Source of the DNA: Candidatus Harrisonbacteria bacterium
GTDB taxonomy: Bacteria; Patescibacteriota; Minisyncoccia; UBA6257; 02-FULL-45-10c
DNA: 64,000 bases
NCBI GenBank assembly: GCA_016192685.1
Contig: JACPTS010000001.1
Location: forward strand, 161,710-225,709
Direction of reading: 5' to 3'
The stretch's first letter is position 1. Each line of letters opens with the position of its first letter. The notes under the pieces were generated by a model. The model saw nothing but the letters and a program-made list of their open reading frames with translations, did no database searches and was not told the origin of the DNA. Positions 10,437-21,382 of the stretch are shown here, one piece after another. The position numbers were made by a program, and so were the translations under genes.

Positions 10437-11401
10437 GATTTGCGCGCAAAAACCCCTATAATACCGCTCTTTCCGGCCGCCAACGCGCTAATAAACAAAA
10501 AAACAGAAATAATCGCCGCGGGCATAATAACAATCAGGTTAACCGCTAAATCCTTAAAATGCTTTTTATAAACATCACGCCAGGCAATCTTATGATTTAA
10601 AAAATCAAAAAGCAGATTTTTTCTTTTAGTCAAAACATTTAAAATACTTTGCACATAGCCGAAAAACTCATAAATAAAACTCCCGGGGAAAACTTTAATT
10701 TCAGAAAATCCAATCTCTTTAAGAAGTAAGTTTATTCCTTTTGGGGAAAAATGGAATAAGTGGCGAGGCACGTCCAAATGAAACCAATTTTCTTTGAAAA
10801 TTTTTGCCTGCAATGATTGAAAATTTGGAACTTCTATAATTAGAACGCCTTCCGGCCGTAAAATTCTTTTAATTTCAACTAAATACCCCCGCAAATCGCT
10901 AAGGTGCTCTAAAGAATGCCACATAGTAACCGCATTAAAAAAATTGTTTGCAAATTTTTGGCCCCCAAGATCTCCCTTATAAATAAAACTCTCTGCCCCG
11001 ATCAATAGATGCTCCGGCGGCGCCATTTCCGTCCCTACCGCTGACCAGCCGCGCGCGCGCATGCTCATCAAAAAAGTTCCGTTGCCGCAACCGATGTCCA
11101 ATAAAAAAGGCGGGGCGGTTTTTTCTTTTGCAAATTTCATTACTTCCCTTTCTCGGCTATAATTTATAAATTTTTCCACAAAAGATTTTCTGCGGCCATA
11201 ATACCTTTCATTATAATATTCAGCAATGCTCTTGCCGGGCGATTGCAATTTAATAACGGCAGAACCGCAATGAGAACATTCATAAACCGCGAAGGGCTCT
11301 AAAGAAATATAATCCCTGGCCTCAAAAGAACGACTCAAAATCGCATTTTTGCACACGGGGCAAATAAAATCAGAATTTTCCATAAATTTCATAACCATCA
11401 A
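10433..11401 (-). CDS. Class I SAM methyltransferase with N-terminal Zn-ribbon
   Basis: CPVC...CSHC, LLDIGCGNG, WHSLEHL, IEVPN; true start may be 11392 or 11383. Confidence 0.85.
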   Translation of the reverse strand: MMVMKFMENSDFICPVCKNAILSRSFEARDYISLEPFAVYECSHCGSAVIKLQSPGKSIAEYYNERYYGRRKSFVEKFINYSREREVMKFAKEKTAPPFLLDIGCGNGTFLMSMRARGWSAVGTEMAPPEHLLIGAESFIYKGDLGGQKFANNFFNAVTMWHSLEHLSDLRGYLVEIKRILRPEGVLIIEVPNFQSLQAKIFKENWFHLDVPRHLFHFSPKGINLLLKEIGFSEIKVFPGSFIYEFFGYVQSILNVLTKRKNLLFDFLNHKIAWRDVYKKHFKDLAVNLIVIMPAAIISVFLFISALAAGKSGIIGVFARKS

Positions 11402-12815
11402 TTCTTACGGCCTTTGAATAATAATTTTTCAGGGCTATAATTTCCGCCTCTGAAAACTCTTGTCCCGAAGCAAATACCAAAACATCCGGAAAGTGATTAA
11501 TTAAAAAAGAATTATTGCCTATCGCCGGAATCCCGGCCAAAGTAATTGCCTGATATCGCTTGTCAGTCCGCAAAAGAACCGAGAGTTTCGGAGAATCAAG
11601 AATTCCAACTGATTTCTGCGAAAAATTATCATTAATATAGGATGCCGTTTTAATTTCTGAAACAGAATGGAAAATCTGGGCGCCGGTAAATAATCGGGCA
11701 AATTGAATTACGATTAAAAATCCTGAGGTAATAATAACCGCTTGCTCATTATTAATTTTAAGTTTAGAAATAAATTTTCCGAATCTTAAAAAAATTTCCG
11801 ATAAAGTCCAGGGCAATAAAATAAATATTAAAAGCTCGGCTATTAAAATATATCTCAGCCAGCCCGGGCTTCGCAAATAATAAATAAAAGCTAAAAGACA
11901 ATAAAAAACAACAAAATTATAAAGGGACTTTATTTTTTTGTCTTCCGCGTAATACCAGCCGAATAAAATCAAAATAAATAAAACGCCAAAATAAATAAGC
12001 GTGGGAGAATGTAAAAAATTCAACAAATTATTAGTGACATTGGCGGTTATTTCGGAACTATAAGGATTTCTATAAAAATTAAACAAGCCAAACCAAATGT
12101 CTTTTAAAAAAGGGTTCTGCGGAACTAAAAATATCCAGCCGATAGCCGCCGGCGCCATCCCTAAAATGATTTTTAATAACCTCTGAAAAAAAATCTCCCC
12201 CTCTAAAAAGAAAGCGAAAATAATTGCCGGAAATGCCAACAAAAATACCGCTGGCTTTGTGACTATTGCCAGCCCAAGAAATAAGCCGCTCCAATAATAA
12301 GCGCTCTTATTCAACCAAAAATAAATAGCTGAAAGCAAAAAAATAAATCCCGGTATTTCTCCCACCGCCGTCCGGCCGCTTCCATAAAATGAAGCAAATG
12401 AGGCTATCAAAATAACGGATAATAAAGATTTATTTTTACCGAATAAACTTTTTCCGAAAAAATAAACAGCCAATAAAGCAATAACCATTAACAACAGCAT
12501 AAAAATTCTAACCGCCGTAAAATTATAGCCGAAAAATTTAAAGATTAATGCCAAAGCAATCGTTAAAGGGTAGCCTGTTGATTGTAAAAACTGGGGAAAT
12601 CCCGAAAATTTATCCGGCGCGATTTGGATGTCCAAAATTCCCAATCTTGAAAAACCGCGCGCCAGTTCTAAAGTAACCGTTTCATCAATCCAGATTCGCG
12701 GTTTAGTCGTTAGCGTAGAAATAGAAAAAGACAAGACGAAAAAAATAATAACGCCTAAAAATACCCGCGCGTAATATTGTTCAAGAAAATTTTTCCACCC
12801 TGCTAAATTGGACAT
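11370..12815 (-). CDS. ArnT/PMT-like (GT39/83) membrane glycosyltransferase
   Basis: WIDE motif after TM1, many TMs, LAIVTK. Confidence 0.75.
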   Translation of the reverse strand: MSNLAGWKNFLEQYYARVFLGVIIFFVLSFSISTLTTKPRIWIDETVTLELARGFSRLGILDIQIAPDKFSGFPQFLQSTGYPLTIALALIFKFFGYNFTAVRIFMLLLMVIALLAVYFFGKSLFGKNKSLLSVILIASFASFYGSGRTAVGEIPGFIFLLSAIYFWLNKSAYYWSGLFLGLAIVTKPAVFLLAFPAIIFAFFLEGEIFFQRLLKIILGMAPAAIGWIFLVPQNPFLKDIWFGLFNFYRNPYSSEITANVTNNLLNFLHSPTLIYFGVLFILILFGWYYAEDKKIKSLYNFVVFYCLLAFIYYLRSPGWLRYILIAELLIFILLPWTLSEIFLRFGKFISKLKINNEQAVIITSGFLIVIQFARLFTGAQIFHSVSEIKTASYINDNFSQKSVGILDSPKLSVLLRTDKRYQAITLAGIPAIGNNSFLINHFPDVLVFASGQEFSEAEIIALKNYYSKAVRIDGYEIYGKF

Positions 12816-13545
12816 AATTTTTAATACCAAATCTAAACAATAAATATCTCAATAAAACCGCTAAAATCGCGAAACCATATTTTATACTTCTCATAAACCC
12901 AATCATGGAAGCCTCCGGAAAATATCTGGTAATAATCGGGACCTCCCTTATCTTCGCTCCGGCAATTTTCATTTGAACTATAATTTCCGTATCAAAAACA
13001 AAATCGTCGGAATTCAATTCCAGCGGCAATTCTAAAACTTTTCTGCTATACGCGCGGAATCCGGAATGATATTCGCTTAAATTCGTACCGACAACTAAAT
13101 TTTCAAATTTGGTTAAAAAAATATTGGCGATAAATTTCCAATAAGGCATTCCTCCGGCCAAAGCATCTCTAGGAAAAACCATACGCGAACCAATAACCGC
13201 GTCCGCGCCGCCATCAGCTATCAAAGCAACCATTTTAGGAATATAGGTCGGGTCATATTGAAAATCCGGATGAACCATCACCGCGATATCAGCTCCTAAT
13301 TTCAACGCTTCCGCGTAACAAGTTTTTTGGTTGCCGCCATAGCCGAGATTTTTTTTATGGATAATAGTTTTTAATCCTAATTTTTTAGAAACTTCGGCGG
13401 TATTATCCTGACTGGCATCATCAACTAAAATAATATCATCTACCCAATCTTTAGGAATGGCAAAGAGGGTCTTTTCCAAAGTTTTAGCGGCATTATAAGC
13501 GGGTAAAACAACGATAATTTTTTTATCAGACACCATCTTACTCAT
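12781..13545 (-). CDS. GT2 glycosyltransferase (polyprenol-P sugar synthase-like)
   Basis: VVLPAYNAA, VDDAS, NLGYG, HSGFRAY. Confidence 0.9.
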   Translation of the reverse strand: MSKMVSDKKIIVVLPAYNAAKTLEKTLFAIPKDWVDDIILVDDASQDNTAEVSKKLGLKTIIHKKNLGYGGNQKTCYAEALKLGADIAVMVHPDFQYDPTYIPKMVALIADGGADAVIGSRMVFPRDALAGGMPYWKFIANIFLTKFENLVVGTNLSEYHSGFRAYSRKVLELPLELNSDDFVFDTEIIVQMKIAGAKIREVPIITRYFPEASMIGFMRSIKYGFAILAVLLRYLLFRFGIKNYVQFSRVEKFS

Positions 13546-13742
13546 AAAATAATAATACCCCAAAACTCTTATTTTACCTCTCTCAAGCTATTTTAGAAGC
13601 GCCTGACTAATCCGGTTGAAAACACAAAAGGCATTTCATATTTTTATAGTATATAGTACTATATTAAAAAACAAAATAATAGGCAAAATAAAGCCTTGTT
13701 CCTTTTTGGAATTCCAAAGAGTTATAATATAAACGATAATTT

Positions 13743-14819
13743 ATGACCAACCAAGAAATCTTTAAAAGAGATATTGATTCTATTATTACTTCAATTGAAA
13801 AAGAAGCGGTCAATTTTTCCGGAAAAACTATTTTAATGTCCGGCGGCGCCGGATTTCTTGGCAACTACATTATTTCTGCCCTTTTACGGCTTAATGATAG
13901 CCTGCTTAAAACCAATCCTTGTAAAGTGATAGCTATGGACAATTTTATAACCGGGTCAAGTTTGTCCGAAAACCTTACCAAAAATCCTAATTTCCAATTT
14001 ATTGAACACGACGTCCGAAAACCGCTCCCGGAAGATTTAAATGCTGATTTTCTGATTCACGCGGCCGGCCTTGCTTCTCCTTATTATTACCGCAAATTCC
14101 CGCTGGAAACTATTGAAGTGGCAGTTAACGGCACAAAAAATTTTTTAGAATTTGCTAAAAATAAAAAAGTCCAGAGCTTATTATATTTCAGCTCTAGCGA
14201 GATATATGGCGACCCGGAGCCGCGCTTTATCCCTACGCCAGAAACCTACTGGGGCAATGTTTCCGCTATCGGGCCTCGCGCCTGCTATGACGAATCAAAG
14301 CGGCTCGGCGAAACGCTTTGCATGACCTATTATCAGCTCTATAAAGTACCGGTAAAAATCGTGCGTCCATTCAACGTCTATGGCCCAGGAATGAAAGCCA
14401 ATGATTACCGGGTAATCCCGACTTTTATGGTGAAAGCAATAAAAGAAGAACCTCTTCCGGTGCATGACCGAGGAAACCAAACTCGGACTTTTTGCTATAT
14501 TACCGATGCCACCCAAGGATTCCTGAAAGTACTGGCTTCCAATAAGAATGGGGAGGTTTATAATGTCGGTAAAAATGAAGAAGAAATTAATATGATGAGT
14601 TTAGCGGCAATAATCAGCAATTTGGCTAATAACAAAGCCCAAGCCCAATTAATCGCTTATCCGGAATCTTACCCGGCTGGCGAACCGCAGCGCCGCTGTC
14701 CGGATTTAACTAAAATTAAAAAAGAATTGAGCTATAATCCCAGCATTGACTTAAAAACTGGCCTCGCTCGCACTTTAGCTTGGTATAAAAATCTAATTAA
14801 TCAACAAAACGAGTCTTAA
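13743..14819 (+). CDS. NAD-dependent epimerase/dehydratase, UDP-glucuronate decarboxylase-like
   Basis: GGAGFLG, SSSEIYGDP, PRACYDESKR, QTRTFCY. Confidence 0.85.
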   Translation: MTNQEIFKRDIDSIITSIEKEAVNFSGKTILMSGGAGFLGNYIISALLRLNDSLLKTNPCKVIAMDNFITGSSLSENLTKNPNFQFIEHDVRKPLPEDLNADFLIHAAGLASPYYYRKFPLETIEVAVNGTKNFLEFAKNKKVQSLLYFSSSEIYGDPEPRFIPTPETYWGNVSAIGPRACYDESKRLGETLCMTYYQLYKVPVKIVRPFNVYGPGMKANDYRVIPTFMVKAIKEEPLPVHDRGNQTRTFCYITDATQGFLKVLASNKNGEVYNVGKNEEEINMMSLAAIISNLANNKAQAQLIAYPESYPAGEPQRRCPDLTKIKKELSYNPSIDLKTGLARTLAWYKNLINQQNES

Positions 14820-15495
14820 TAACCGTCCATAAAATCAAAAAGCCGTGTTTCCAACTAATTTTTTTGCCTTGTTCATAATCGCGCGGGTAGTAACGAATCG
14901 GCACATCCACTATTTTATAGCCGCGCTTTAAAATTTTGCAGATAAGCTCGTTATCATAATCAAAATTATTAGTTTCCACCTCAACTGAATCAGCGAGTTT
15001 TTTAGTAATCGCCTTATAACAGCCTTCGTATTCTTCGGCATTATTCCAATAAAGCCAATTAGTGGCCCAAGTAATCGCGCTATTGCCAAACCAATGCAGC
15101 CAATAAGAAAGCGTGGTCCGGCGAGAATCATTTGGCGGTTGGATGCGTACACCATTAGTAACTTCAGCCTCACCTCGCAAAATCGGGGCAATCATCACTG
15201 AATAATCGTTAGGGTCATATTCCAAATCCGCATCCTGGGGAATCAACAAATCTCCGGTGGCGGCTTTAAAACCGGTTTTCATTGCTCCGCCCTTGCCAAG
15301 ATTCTTTTCGTGGAAAATGTAACGGATACCTGAAATTTTCTTTATAATATCCCTGGTTCCGTCATTAGAACCGTCATCAACCACAATAATTTCCTTTTCT
15401 ACGCCAACTAAATTTACTGCCTTAATGCGGCGAATAATTTCCTCAATAGTGTTTTTTTCATTATAAGCGGGTATAATAATTGAAAGTTTAAGCAT
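14797..15495 (-). CDS. GT2 glycosyltransferase (DPM1-like)
   Basis: IIIPAYNE, VDDGSNDGT, QDADLEYDP. Confidence 0.9.
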   Translation of the reverse strand: MLKLSIIIPAYNEKNTIEEIIRRIKAVNLVGVEKEIIVVDDGSNDGTRDIIKKISGIRYIFHEKNLGKGGAMKTGFKAATGDLLIPQDADLEYDPNDYSVMIAPILRGEAEVTNGVRIQPPNDSRRTTLSYWLHWFGNSAITWATNWLYWNNAEEYEGCYKAITKKLADSVEVETNNFDYDNELICKILKRGYKIVDVPIRYYPRDYEQGKKISWKHGFLILWTVIKTRFVD

Positions 15496-15523
15496 AAAAA
15501 GATTATACCAATATTAGTGAAAA

Positions 15524-16252
15524 TTATTTTTCAAGAATTCCGGCAGCAATAAGATTCGCGCGCAAAAGCGAATCAAAAGTGCCGGCATCAGTCCATTCTG
15601 ATTCTAAAATCTTATAGGACATTAAATTTCTTTTTATATAATAATTATTAACGTCGGTTATTTCCAGTTCTCCCCGCTTTGACGGCTTAATTTTTTTAAT
15701 AATTTCAAATACCTCATTGTCATAAAGATACATCCCGGTAACCGCTAGGTCAGATTTCGGCTTTAACGGCTTCTCTTCCACCTTAACCACTCTGCCCCTA
15801 GAAATCTCAGCAACTCCAAAACGGTTGGCATCCGAAACGGACTTTAAAAAAATTTTTGCCCCCCTTTTTTGTCTTGCAAACTCCCGAACTCCCCTTTGAA
15901 TCTCCTTAGAATCCATAAAAATATTGTCTCCAAGAATAACGGCGATTTTACCGTTATCAGAAAAATCATCGGCAATATCTAGGGCATGAGCAATTCCCCC
16001 GGCATTTTCTTGTACCTCATAGGATAAATTCACTCCGAATTTTTTGCCGGAACCAAGCAAATTAACAAAGTGCCCGGCATGTCCCCGGCCGGAAATAATC
16101 AAGATGTTTTTAATGCCGCATTGGATTAAAGTCTCCAACGGCCAATAAATCATCGGTTTTTTATATACCGGCAAAAGATGTTTATTGGTTACTAAGGTCA
16201 ACGGACTTAACCTGGTTCCATTTCCGCCAGCTAAAATTACTCCTTTAAGCAT
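15524..16252 (-). CDS. Glucose-1-phosphate thymidylyltransferase (RmlA/SpsI-like)
   Basis: GVILAGGNGTRL, NKHLLPVY, RGELEITD, WTDAGT. Confidence 0.9.
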   Translation of the reverse strand: MLKGVILAGGNGTRLSPLTLVTNKHLLPVYKKPMIYWPLETLIQCGIKNILIISGRGHAGHFVNLLGSGKKFGVNLSYEVQENAGGIAHALDIADDFSDNGKIAVILGDNIFMDSKEIQRGVREFARQKRGAKIFLKSVSDANRFGVAEISRGRVVKVEEKPLKPKSDLAVTGMYLYDNEVFEIIKKIKPSKRGELEITDVNNYYIKRNLMSYKILESEWTDAGTFDSLLRANLIAAGILEK

Positions 16253-16324
16253 AAAAATTTATAAATTATTAATATTACCGCTCTTTTTTAAAACATTCCG
16301 GACTCAGTCAAGGTTTTCTTGTGA

Positions 16325-17668
16325 CTAATAAGATAAATCCCTGATTCTTTCTATAATCCGCTCCCAATTTCTTAATATATCAAAAACGGCATTTGTCAGC
16401 AGCAACAATGCTAAATACAGAGCCGGCTTCCAAGAAATGCGCTTAGCTAAAAATTCACTTAATCCGTAACCGGCAAAAACCGCAAAAAACGGGTAAGCTA
16501 GCATCCGATATCTGGTTTCTATTATAATACCGACTACCGCAAGCGGCATCATTACCAGCATTGCCAAAAAAATTTTGGCGAGGGTTTTTTCTTTGGCTTC
16601 TAAATTTCTAATCTGCCAGATTCCCCAAAATCCAAGAATAAAAAGCAAAACTGAATAAACCGCCGATGAAGTTAAAGTAACTGCCTTACTCCAACCAGAA
16701 AGATGGAACCAAAAACCAGTTGGCCGGGCAAAACTGAAATAAATAGAAATCCTATAAATGGTCAGTTTTAAAAATTCCCAAGGATTACTCAAGATAAATT
16801 TTATGGCATCATTAGTAGCCAATTTATTAACCTGAACTCCATTTAATCCCGATGGATAACGATCTAAAACCGAAAAATCTCCTTGTTCGCCGCTTGCTCC
16901 CGGATGGTTGCCAGTCAACAAATTAAATCCGGCGGCCGCGTTAGTTGGCGCAAAAACTCCGTAAATTTGATAATTTCTGGCAATCCAAGGCAAAAATAAG
17001 GCCAAAATAGCAATGCCTGCCAAAAATAAATGTTTCCAATTTTTAGCTGTTAAAAAATAAACGGCAATCGGGAAAAATAAAAATGCCGCCGGAGTGCGCA
17101 CTAAAGCTGCAGACCCGACAGCCAGTCCCAGCCACAAAGCCAAAACCGGGGATTTTTCCGCCGCATTATAATATCGGCAAAATAAATAAGATGTCAGGAT
17201 AATTAAAAAAATCCCTAAAGTTTCCGTCATTAACATACCCTGCATAGTAATCAAATCCGGAGAAAAACCGATTAAAACCGCGGCAGTTAATCCAATAAAA
17301 TAATTCCAGCGGGTTTGAAAAATTTCCTTAGTAATTAAAAAAATCAATAAAGCTGATAATGCGCTTAATAAAGCTTGAATAATCCAAACTGCTTCATAGT
17401 TATGGCCAAAAATATAATAAATCAACGCTAAGAAAATTTCGTATCCCGGGCCGATTCTGATAATGGAATTATCTTGCTGGATAGTAGTATCCAATGTTTC
17501 CCGATAGCCATTTCCCAAAACAATATTCCAAGCAATGTTATCGTAAGCCCCGGCATCTACCGCCGGAGAAATCTGGAAATAAAAAGAATAAGATAAAGAA
17601 ATAAAAAAAATCGCAACTAAAAATATTAATAACCAAATCTCTTGTTTTCTATTTAAAAAATAATCCAT
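16325..17668 (-). CDS. GT39-like membrane glycosyltransferase
   Basis: DAGAYD motif, many TMs, PWIARNY. Confidence 0.75.
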   Translation of the reverse strand: MDYFLNRKQEIWLLIFLVAIFFISLSYSFYFQISPAVDAGAYDNIAWNIVLGNGYRETLDTTIQQDNSIIRIGPGYEIFLALIYYIFGHNYEAVWIIQALLSALSALLIFLITKEIFQTRWNYFIGLTAAVLIGFSPDLITMQGMLMTETLGIFLIILTSYLFCRYYNAAEKSPVLALWLGLAVGSAALVRTPAAFLFFPIAVYFLTAKNWKHLFLAGIAILALFLPWIARNYQIYGVFAPTNAAAGFNLLTGNHPGASGEQGDFSVLDRYPSGLNGVQVNKLATNDAIKFILSNPWEFLKLTIYRISIYFSFARPTGFWFHLSGWSKAVTLTSSAVYSVLLFILGFWGIWQIRNLEAKEKTLAKIFLAMLVMMPLAVVGIIIETRYRMLAYPFFAVFAGYGLSEFLAKRISWKPALYLALLLLTNAVFDILRNWERIIERIRDLSY

Positions 17669-18075
17669 TAAACTATATTATCAACGTCATCGGTAGAAGC
17701 GTGGTTAGTTTTTATCTCTAAAAAACCAAGGCCGGTTTCTTTGGCAACAAGATTTTTAACGGCAATACGCTGACGGTTAATATCTCGAATTAAAATCGCG
17801 CGCCGGCCGACTTCTTCCAGTCCCAATATTCCCTCTTTGCCTTGCCGAATGTCCGCCTCTAAATCCCAACAATTGCCATTAATTTTATGAAGTTGGTCTA
17901 TCCAATCCTGTTTTACCGATACTCCCTTCATACGGTAGTTATCTATGGCTTTTTCATAAGCTAAAAATTCCTTTTCCAAAAGGGGTTCAAATTTTTTTTG
18001 CTCTAAATTTAATCTTTCTAATTTTAACTTCAAAATAGTATAACGGTCAATTAAATCTGCGAGTGATATTTCCAT
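17668..18075 (-). CDS. Hypothetical protein (DUF6165-like, glycosylation-associated)
   Basis: EISLADLIDRYTILKLK...INGNCWDLEADIR...NRQR..K pattern. Confidence 0.55.
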   Translation of the reverse strand: MEISLADLIDRYTILKLKLERLNLEQKKFEPLLEKEFLAYEKAIDNYRMKGVSVKQDWIDQLHKINGNCWDLEADIRQGKEGILGLEEVGRRAILIRDINRQRIAVKNLVAKETGLGFLEIKTNHASTDDVDNIV

Positions 18076-18144
18076 AAATATGGCGCTAATCTTAATAATA
18101 TATAACTATATTCCAAATAAATTTATTTGTATACAAAAAATTAT

Positions 18145-19287
18145 CTAATTTAAACCCAAAATCTTTTTATATAATAAAAAATTTTCTTTAGCATAACTTT
18201 CCCAAGTGAAAATTGCCGCCCGCCTTAAGCCTTTTTCTATCATTTTCTTTCTAAAATCATTGTCGGTCATTACTTTAACCATTGCCTCCATTATTTCCTC
18301 AACTTTATAGGGGTCTACCAATAATGCCGCGCCTCCGGCAACCTCCGGCAAAGAAGTCAAATTAGAAGTAATTACCGGAGTGCCGCAACCCATTGCTTCC
18401 GCCACCGGCAAACCAAAGCCCTCATTCAAAGAAGGGAAAACTAAAGCAGTTGCTCCGCGATAAAAAGCGGGCGAATCCTCCAATGGTACATAATTGATGA
18501 ATAAAATATCATTTTTATATTTTGAATTCTGCGCCGTTCTCCGAACCTCATCGCCTCCATAAGAACCCTTGCCAATAAGAATTAATTTTTCTTCAATTGG
18601 CCGGGAATCGCGCAACATAATATAGGCCTCAACTAACCGCTTAACATTTTTGTGAGTTTGCATTCCCCCCAAATAAAGGAAGTATTTTTCAAAATTAACA
18701 TTGTATTTTTTAAGCGTTTGGCGCACAATTTCTTCCGGCAATGGCTTATAAATCGGATCAATACCGTTATAAATCGTGAAAACTTTTTCCGGCAAAAGAC
18801 GAAAATCATAAATCGCCTCTTTATTGCCGTATTCCGAAACCGCGATGGCCACGTCAATATAATTGTTAAAATGGCGCATATAAAAGTTAAAAAAGAAATT
18901 CGGAATCGTAAAAATATGAGGCGCCCGCTCGCCCGTTCCTCCATGAACGGTCACTACCGTCTTTTTTGCCGGCACCCGCCAGAAAAAAGGATAAGGCCGC
19001 GGCATAAGCCAATGAACAATATCAAATTTTTCTTTGGTAGTCAGACAAAACCAGATAAAAGAAAAAAAATGGGATGCCCAGGGAAGACGCAATAAAGGTA
19101 TTAAAATTTCATGCGCTTTTTCATAAAGCGGGTCATCCGGCATTTTTTTATAATGGATTAAATAGATTTCCAATTCCGGATACTTAAGCAAATTTTCAAC
19201 TAACCGCCTCGCAAAGACCGAGCGTTCCGGCCGCCGATCCATCACATCGGATATAATGGCGATTTTAATCTTTTGATTAATTTTCAT
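18145..19287 (-). CDS. GT4 glycosyltransferase (mannosyltransferase-like)
   Basis: HKNVKRL, EGFGLPVAEAMGCG, SLPEVAG. Confidence 0.9.
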   Translation of the reverse strand: MKINQKIKIAIISDVMDRRPERSVFARRLVENLLKYPELEIYLIHYKKMPDDPLYEKAHEILIPLLRLPWASHFFSFIWFCLTTKEKFDIVHWLMPRPYPFFWRVPAKKTVVTVHGGTGERAPHIFTIPNFFFNFYMRHFNNYIDVAIAVSEYGNKEAIYDFRLLPEKVFTIYNGIDPIYKPLPEEIVRQTLKKYNVNFEKYFLYLGGMQTHKNVKRLVEAYIMLRDSRPIEEKLILIGKGSYGGDEVRRTAQNSKYKNDILFINYVPLEDSPAFYRGATALVFPSLNEGFGLPVAEAMGCGTPVITSNLTSLPEVAGGAALLVDPYKVEEIMEAMVKVMTDNDFRKKMIEKGLRRAAIFTWESYAKENFLLYKKILGLN

Positions 19288-19288
19288 A

Positions 19289-20215
19289 TCACGGCTTTTT
19301 AAATATTAAAAGCATATTTTTACCGTCTTTGGGATAAAAAAATCCCAGAATTTTATTCAAAAGGACAATAAAAGGATTTTTATAATGTTCAACAAATACC
19401 CAATATAGATGATTATAAGTTTCAAAAAATATTAACTCAAAATTTAAATATTGATTAATGTCTTTAATGGTAAATCCCCTGATATTATAATATTCAACTA
19501 TATTATCAATTTTCAATCTGGTAAGCCTTTGATTAATTAAACCCTCTGCCAAAAGGCTATTATTTATTTTGGCTGTTAATTCATCTTCCTGATTTCCCTG
19601 CTTCAAAATTGTTTTATCATACTCTAAAAATCCCCTTTTTCTCAAAATATCAAAAATAGACTTAGGGTGGTATAACACATACAAAATTCTATATAACGTC
19701 CAAATAATCCAATTTTTATAAAAAAGCGCGTTGGCCTCATGGCCGATAATCAAATATCCCCCTTTTTTTAAAACACGGCTAACTTCTTTTAAAAAAAATC
19801 CGGTATCGGGAATATGATGCAGTACTGAATTCATGGTTATCACGTCCGCGGAATAATTCTCTAACGGGAGACATGTGCCGTCATAAATTTTATATGACAG
19901 ATTACAATCAAATTTCTTTTGTCCCAATTTTGTCCGGCATTGATTTAATATTTCCCGAGAAATATCGGCGCAAATCATCTCATCGTCACGTTTTAGATAA
20001 GGGCAAATAACACTGGGGACAAAGCCTGTTCCACAGCCTACATCCAAAACTATTCTTTTCTTTTCTGAATTTTTCAAAAATAATTCCGCGATCTTTTTCC
20101 ACCGCGGGACTTCCAATACAATAATTTCATCGTGGGAATGATCATAGGATTCACCGCCTAAATTATAAAAAAGCTCATTGGTCCTGCGAACTAATTCATC
20201 TGAATATTGAATCAT
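19289..20215 (-). CDS. Class I SAM methyltransferase
   Basis: VLDVGCGTG, SVLHHIPD, RVLKKGG. Confidence 0.85.
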   Translation of the reverse strand: MIQYSDELVRRTNELFYNLGGESYDHSHDEIIVLEVPRWKKIAELFLKNSEKKRIVLDVGCGTGFVPSVICPYLKRDDEMICADISREILNQCRTKLGQKKFDCNLSYKIYDGTCLPLENYSADVITMNSVLHHIPDTGFFLKEVSRVLKKGGYLIIGHEANALFYKNWIIWTLYRILYVLYHPKSIFDILRKRGFLEYDKTILKQGNQEDELTAKINNSLLAEGLINQRLTRLKIDNIVEYYNIRGFTIKDINQYLNFELIFFETYNHLYWVFVEHYKNPFIVLLNKILGFFYPKDGKNMLLIFKKP

Positions 20216-20261
20216 AAATTTACTTATTTTTAATATAACTCCACGCCGATAAACGCTGTTT

Positions 20262-21362
20262 CTACCTAATTAATTCCGTAAATTTATTTATGGCATTAAG
20301 AATATCATAACGCTTAACCCAATCCTTTAAAGATTGTTTTATTTTCTCCAATTCTTCCGGTTTCTTAGAAAGAATTTCCGCTATTTTTAAGGAAAATTTT
20401 TCTGTATCGTTGGCTTTGACCAAGTAGTTATGCATTAGAGGCGGGATGATATCACGAACCGCGCCAACATCGGTCGCAACAAATGGCACGCCGGTAGCCA
20501 TTGACTCTAAAATAACATGAGGGAATCCTTCCTCGTCTGACGGCATAATAAAAACATCCGCAATGGCAAAATACCGCAACACTTCATTTTGCGGAATCCA
20601 ACCCAACATCCGAACCTTATCCCGTAATTCATAATTCCTGATTCCTAATTCTATATTTTCACGTTCTGGCCCGTCGCCGATTATAAGAATAACAAATGAT
20701 GAATTATGAATAATGAAATTTAATTTTTTTGCGATTTCCGGCAAATAATGCGCCCCTTTTCGTTTTGACAACCGATGCGCAAACAAAATCACTTTTTTAT
20801 CATTATCAATTTGCAGTTTCTTTCTCAATTCACCGCTTGTCGCTTGCCGCATGTCGCTTGTCACTTGCTCAATATTTATCCAATTAGGCATTATTTTTAT
20901 TTTTTTAATCGGGATACCGTAATATTCAGAATAATTTTTAGCTAACGACTCGGTGCCGGTCACAAAAAAACTTATTGATTTATAAACGGCTCTTTCAAAA
21001 CTTTCCCTGAAAATATTTCTTTTATATTTCCATGGTTCACCGCAATTCCAATAAAATACCCGCCCGCCGAAAACCTTTACTGCCAAAGACGCCATAAAAG
21101 CTCCTAAAAAAGAATAATGGACATAAAAGTCTTTATATCCGCGAAAACGCGCGTATAACAGATTACCCAGCATCCTAATGAATCGTATCGGCCAAAAATC
21201 ATAGAAAAAAACCTGGGTTTTCTCCGTAATTAAATAAATATTAAAATTTTTTTTAAGCTCATTTAGAAAATTGCCTAGGTAAGCAAAATGGGTGTGGTCG
21301 TTTTTTTTAAATTCCCGCACCAGATAACACAATTTGATTCTTCCCGTAAAATCTTTTTTCAT
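20262..21362 (-). CDS. GT4 glycosyltransferase
   Basis: EGFPHVILESMATG; contains three 7-nt arrays. Confidence 0.9.
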   Translation of the reverse strand: MKKDFTGRIKLCYLVREFKKNDHTHFAYLGNFLNELKKNFNIYLITEKTQVFFYDFWPIRFIRMLGNLLYARFRGYKDFYVHYSFLGAFMASLAVKVFGGRVFYWNCGEPWKYKRNIFRESFERAVYKSISFFVTGTESLAKNYSEYYGIPIKKIKIMPNWINIEQVTSDMRQATSGELRKKLQIDNDKKVILFAHRLSKRKGAHYLPEIAKKLNFIIHNSSFVILIIGDGPERENIELGIRNYELRDKVRMLGWIPQNEVLRYFAIADVFIMPSDEEGFPHVILESMATGVPFVATDVGAVRDIIPPLMHNYLVKANDTEKFSLKIAEILSKKPEELEKIKQSLKDWVKRYDILNAINKFTELIR

Positions 21363-21382
21363 AATAAATTCAATGCTTGAGA

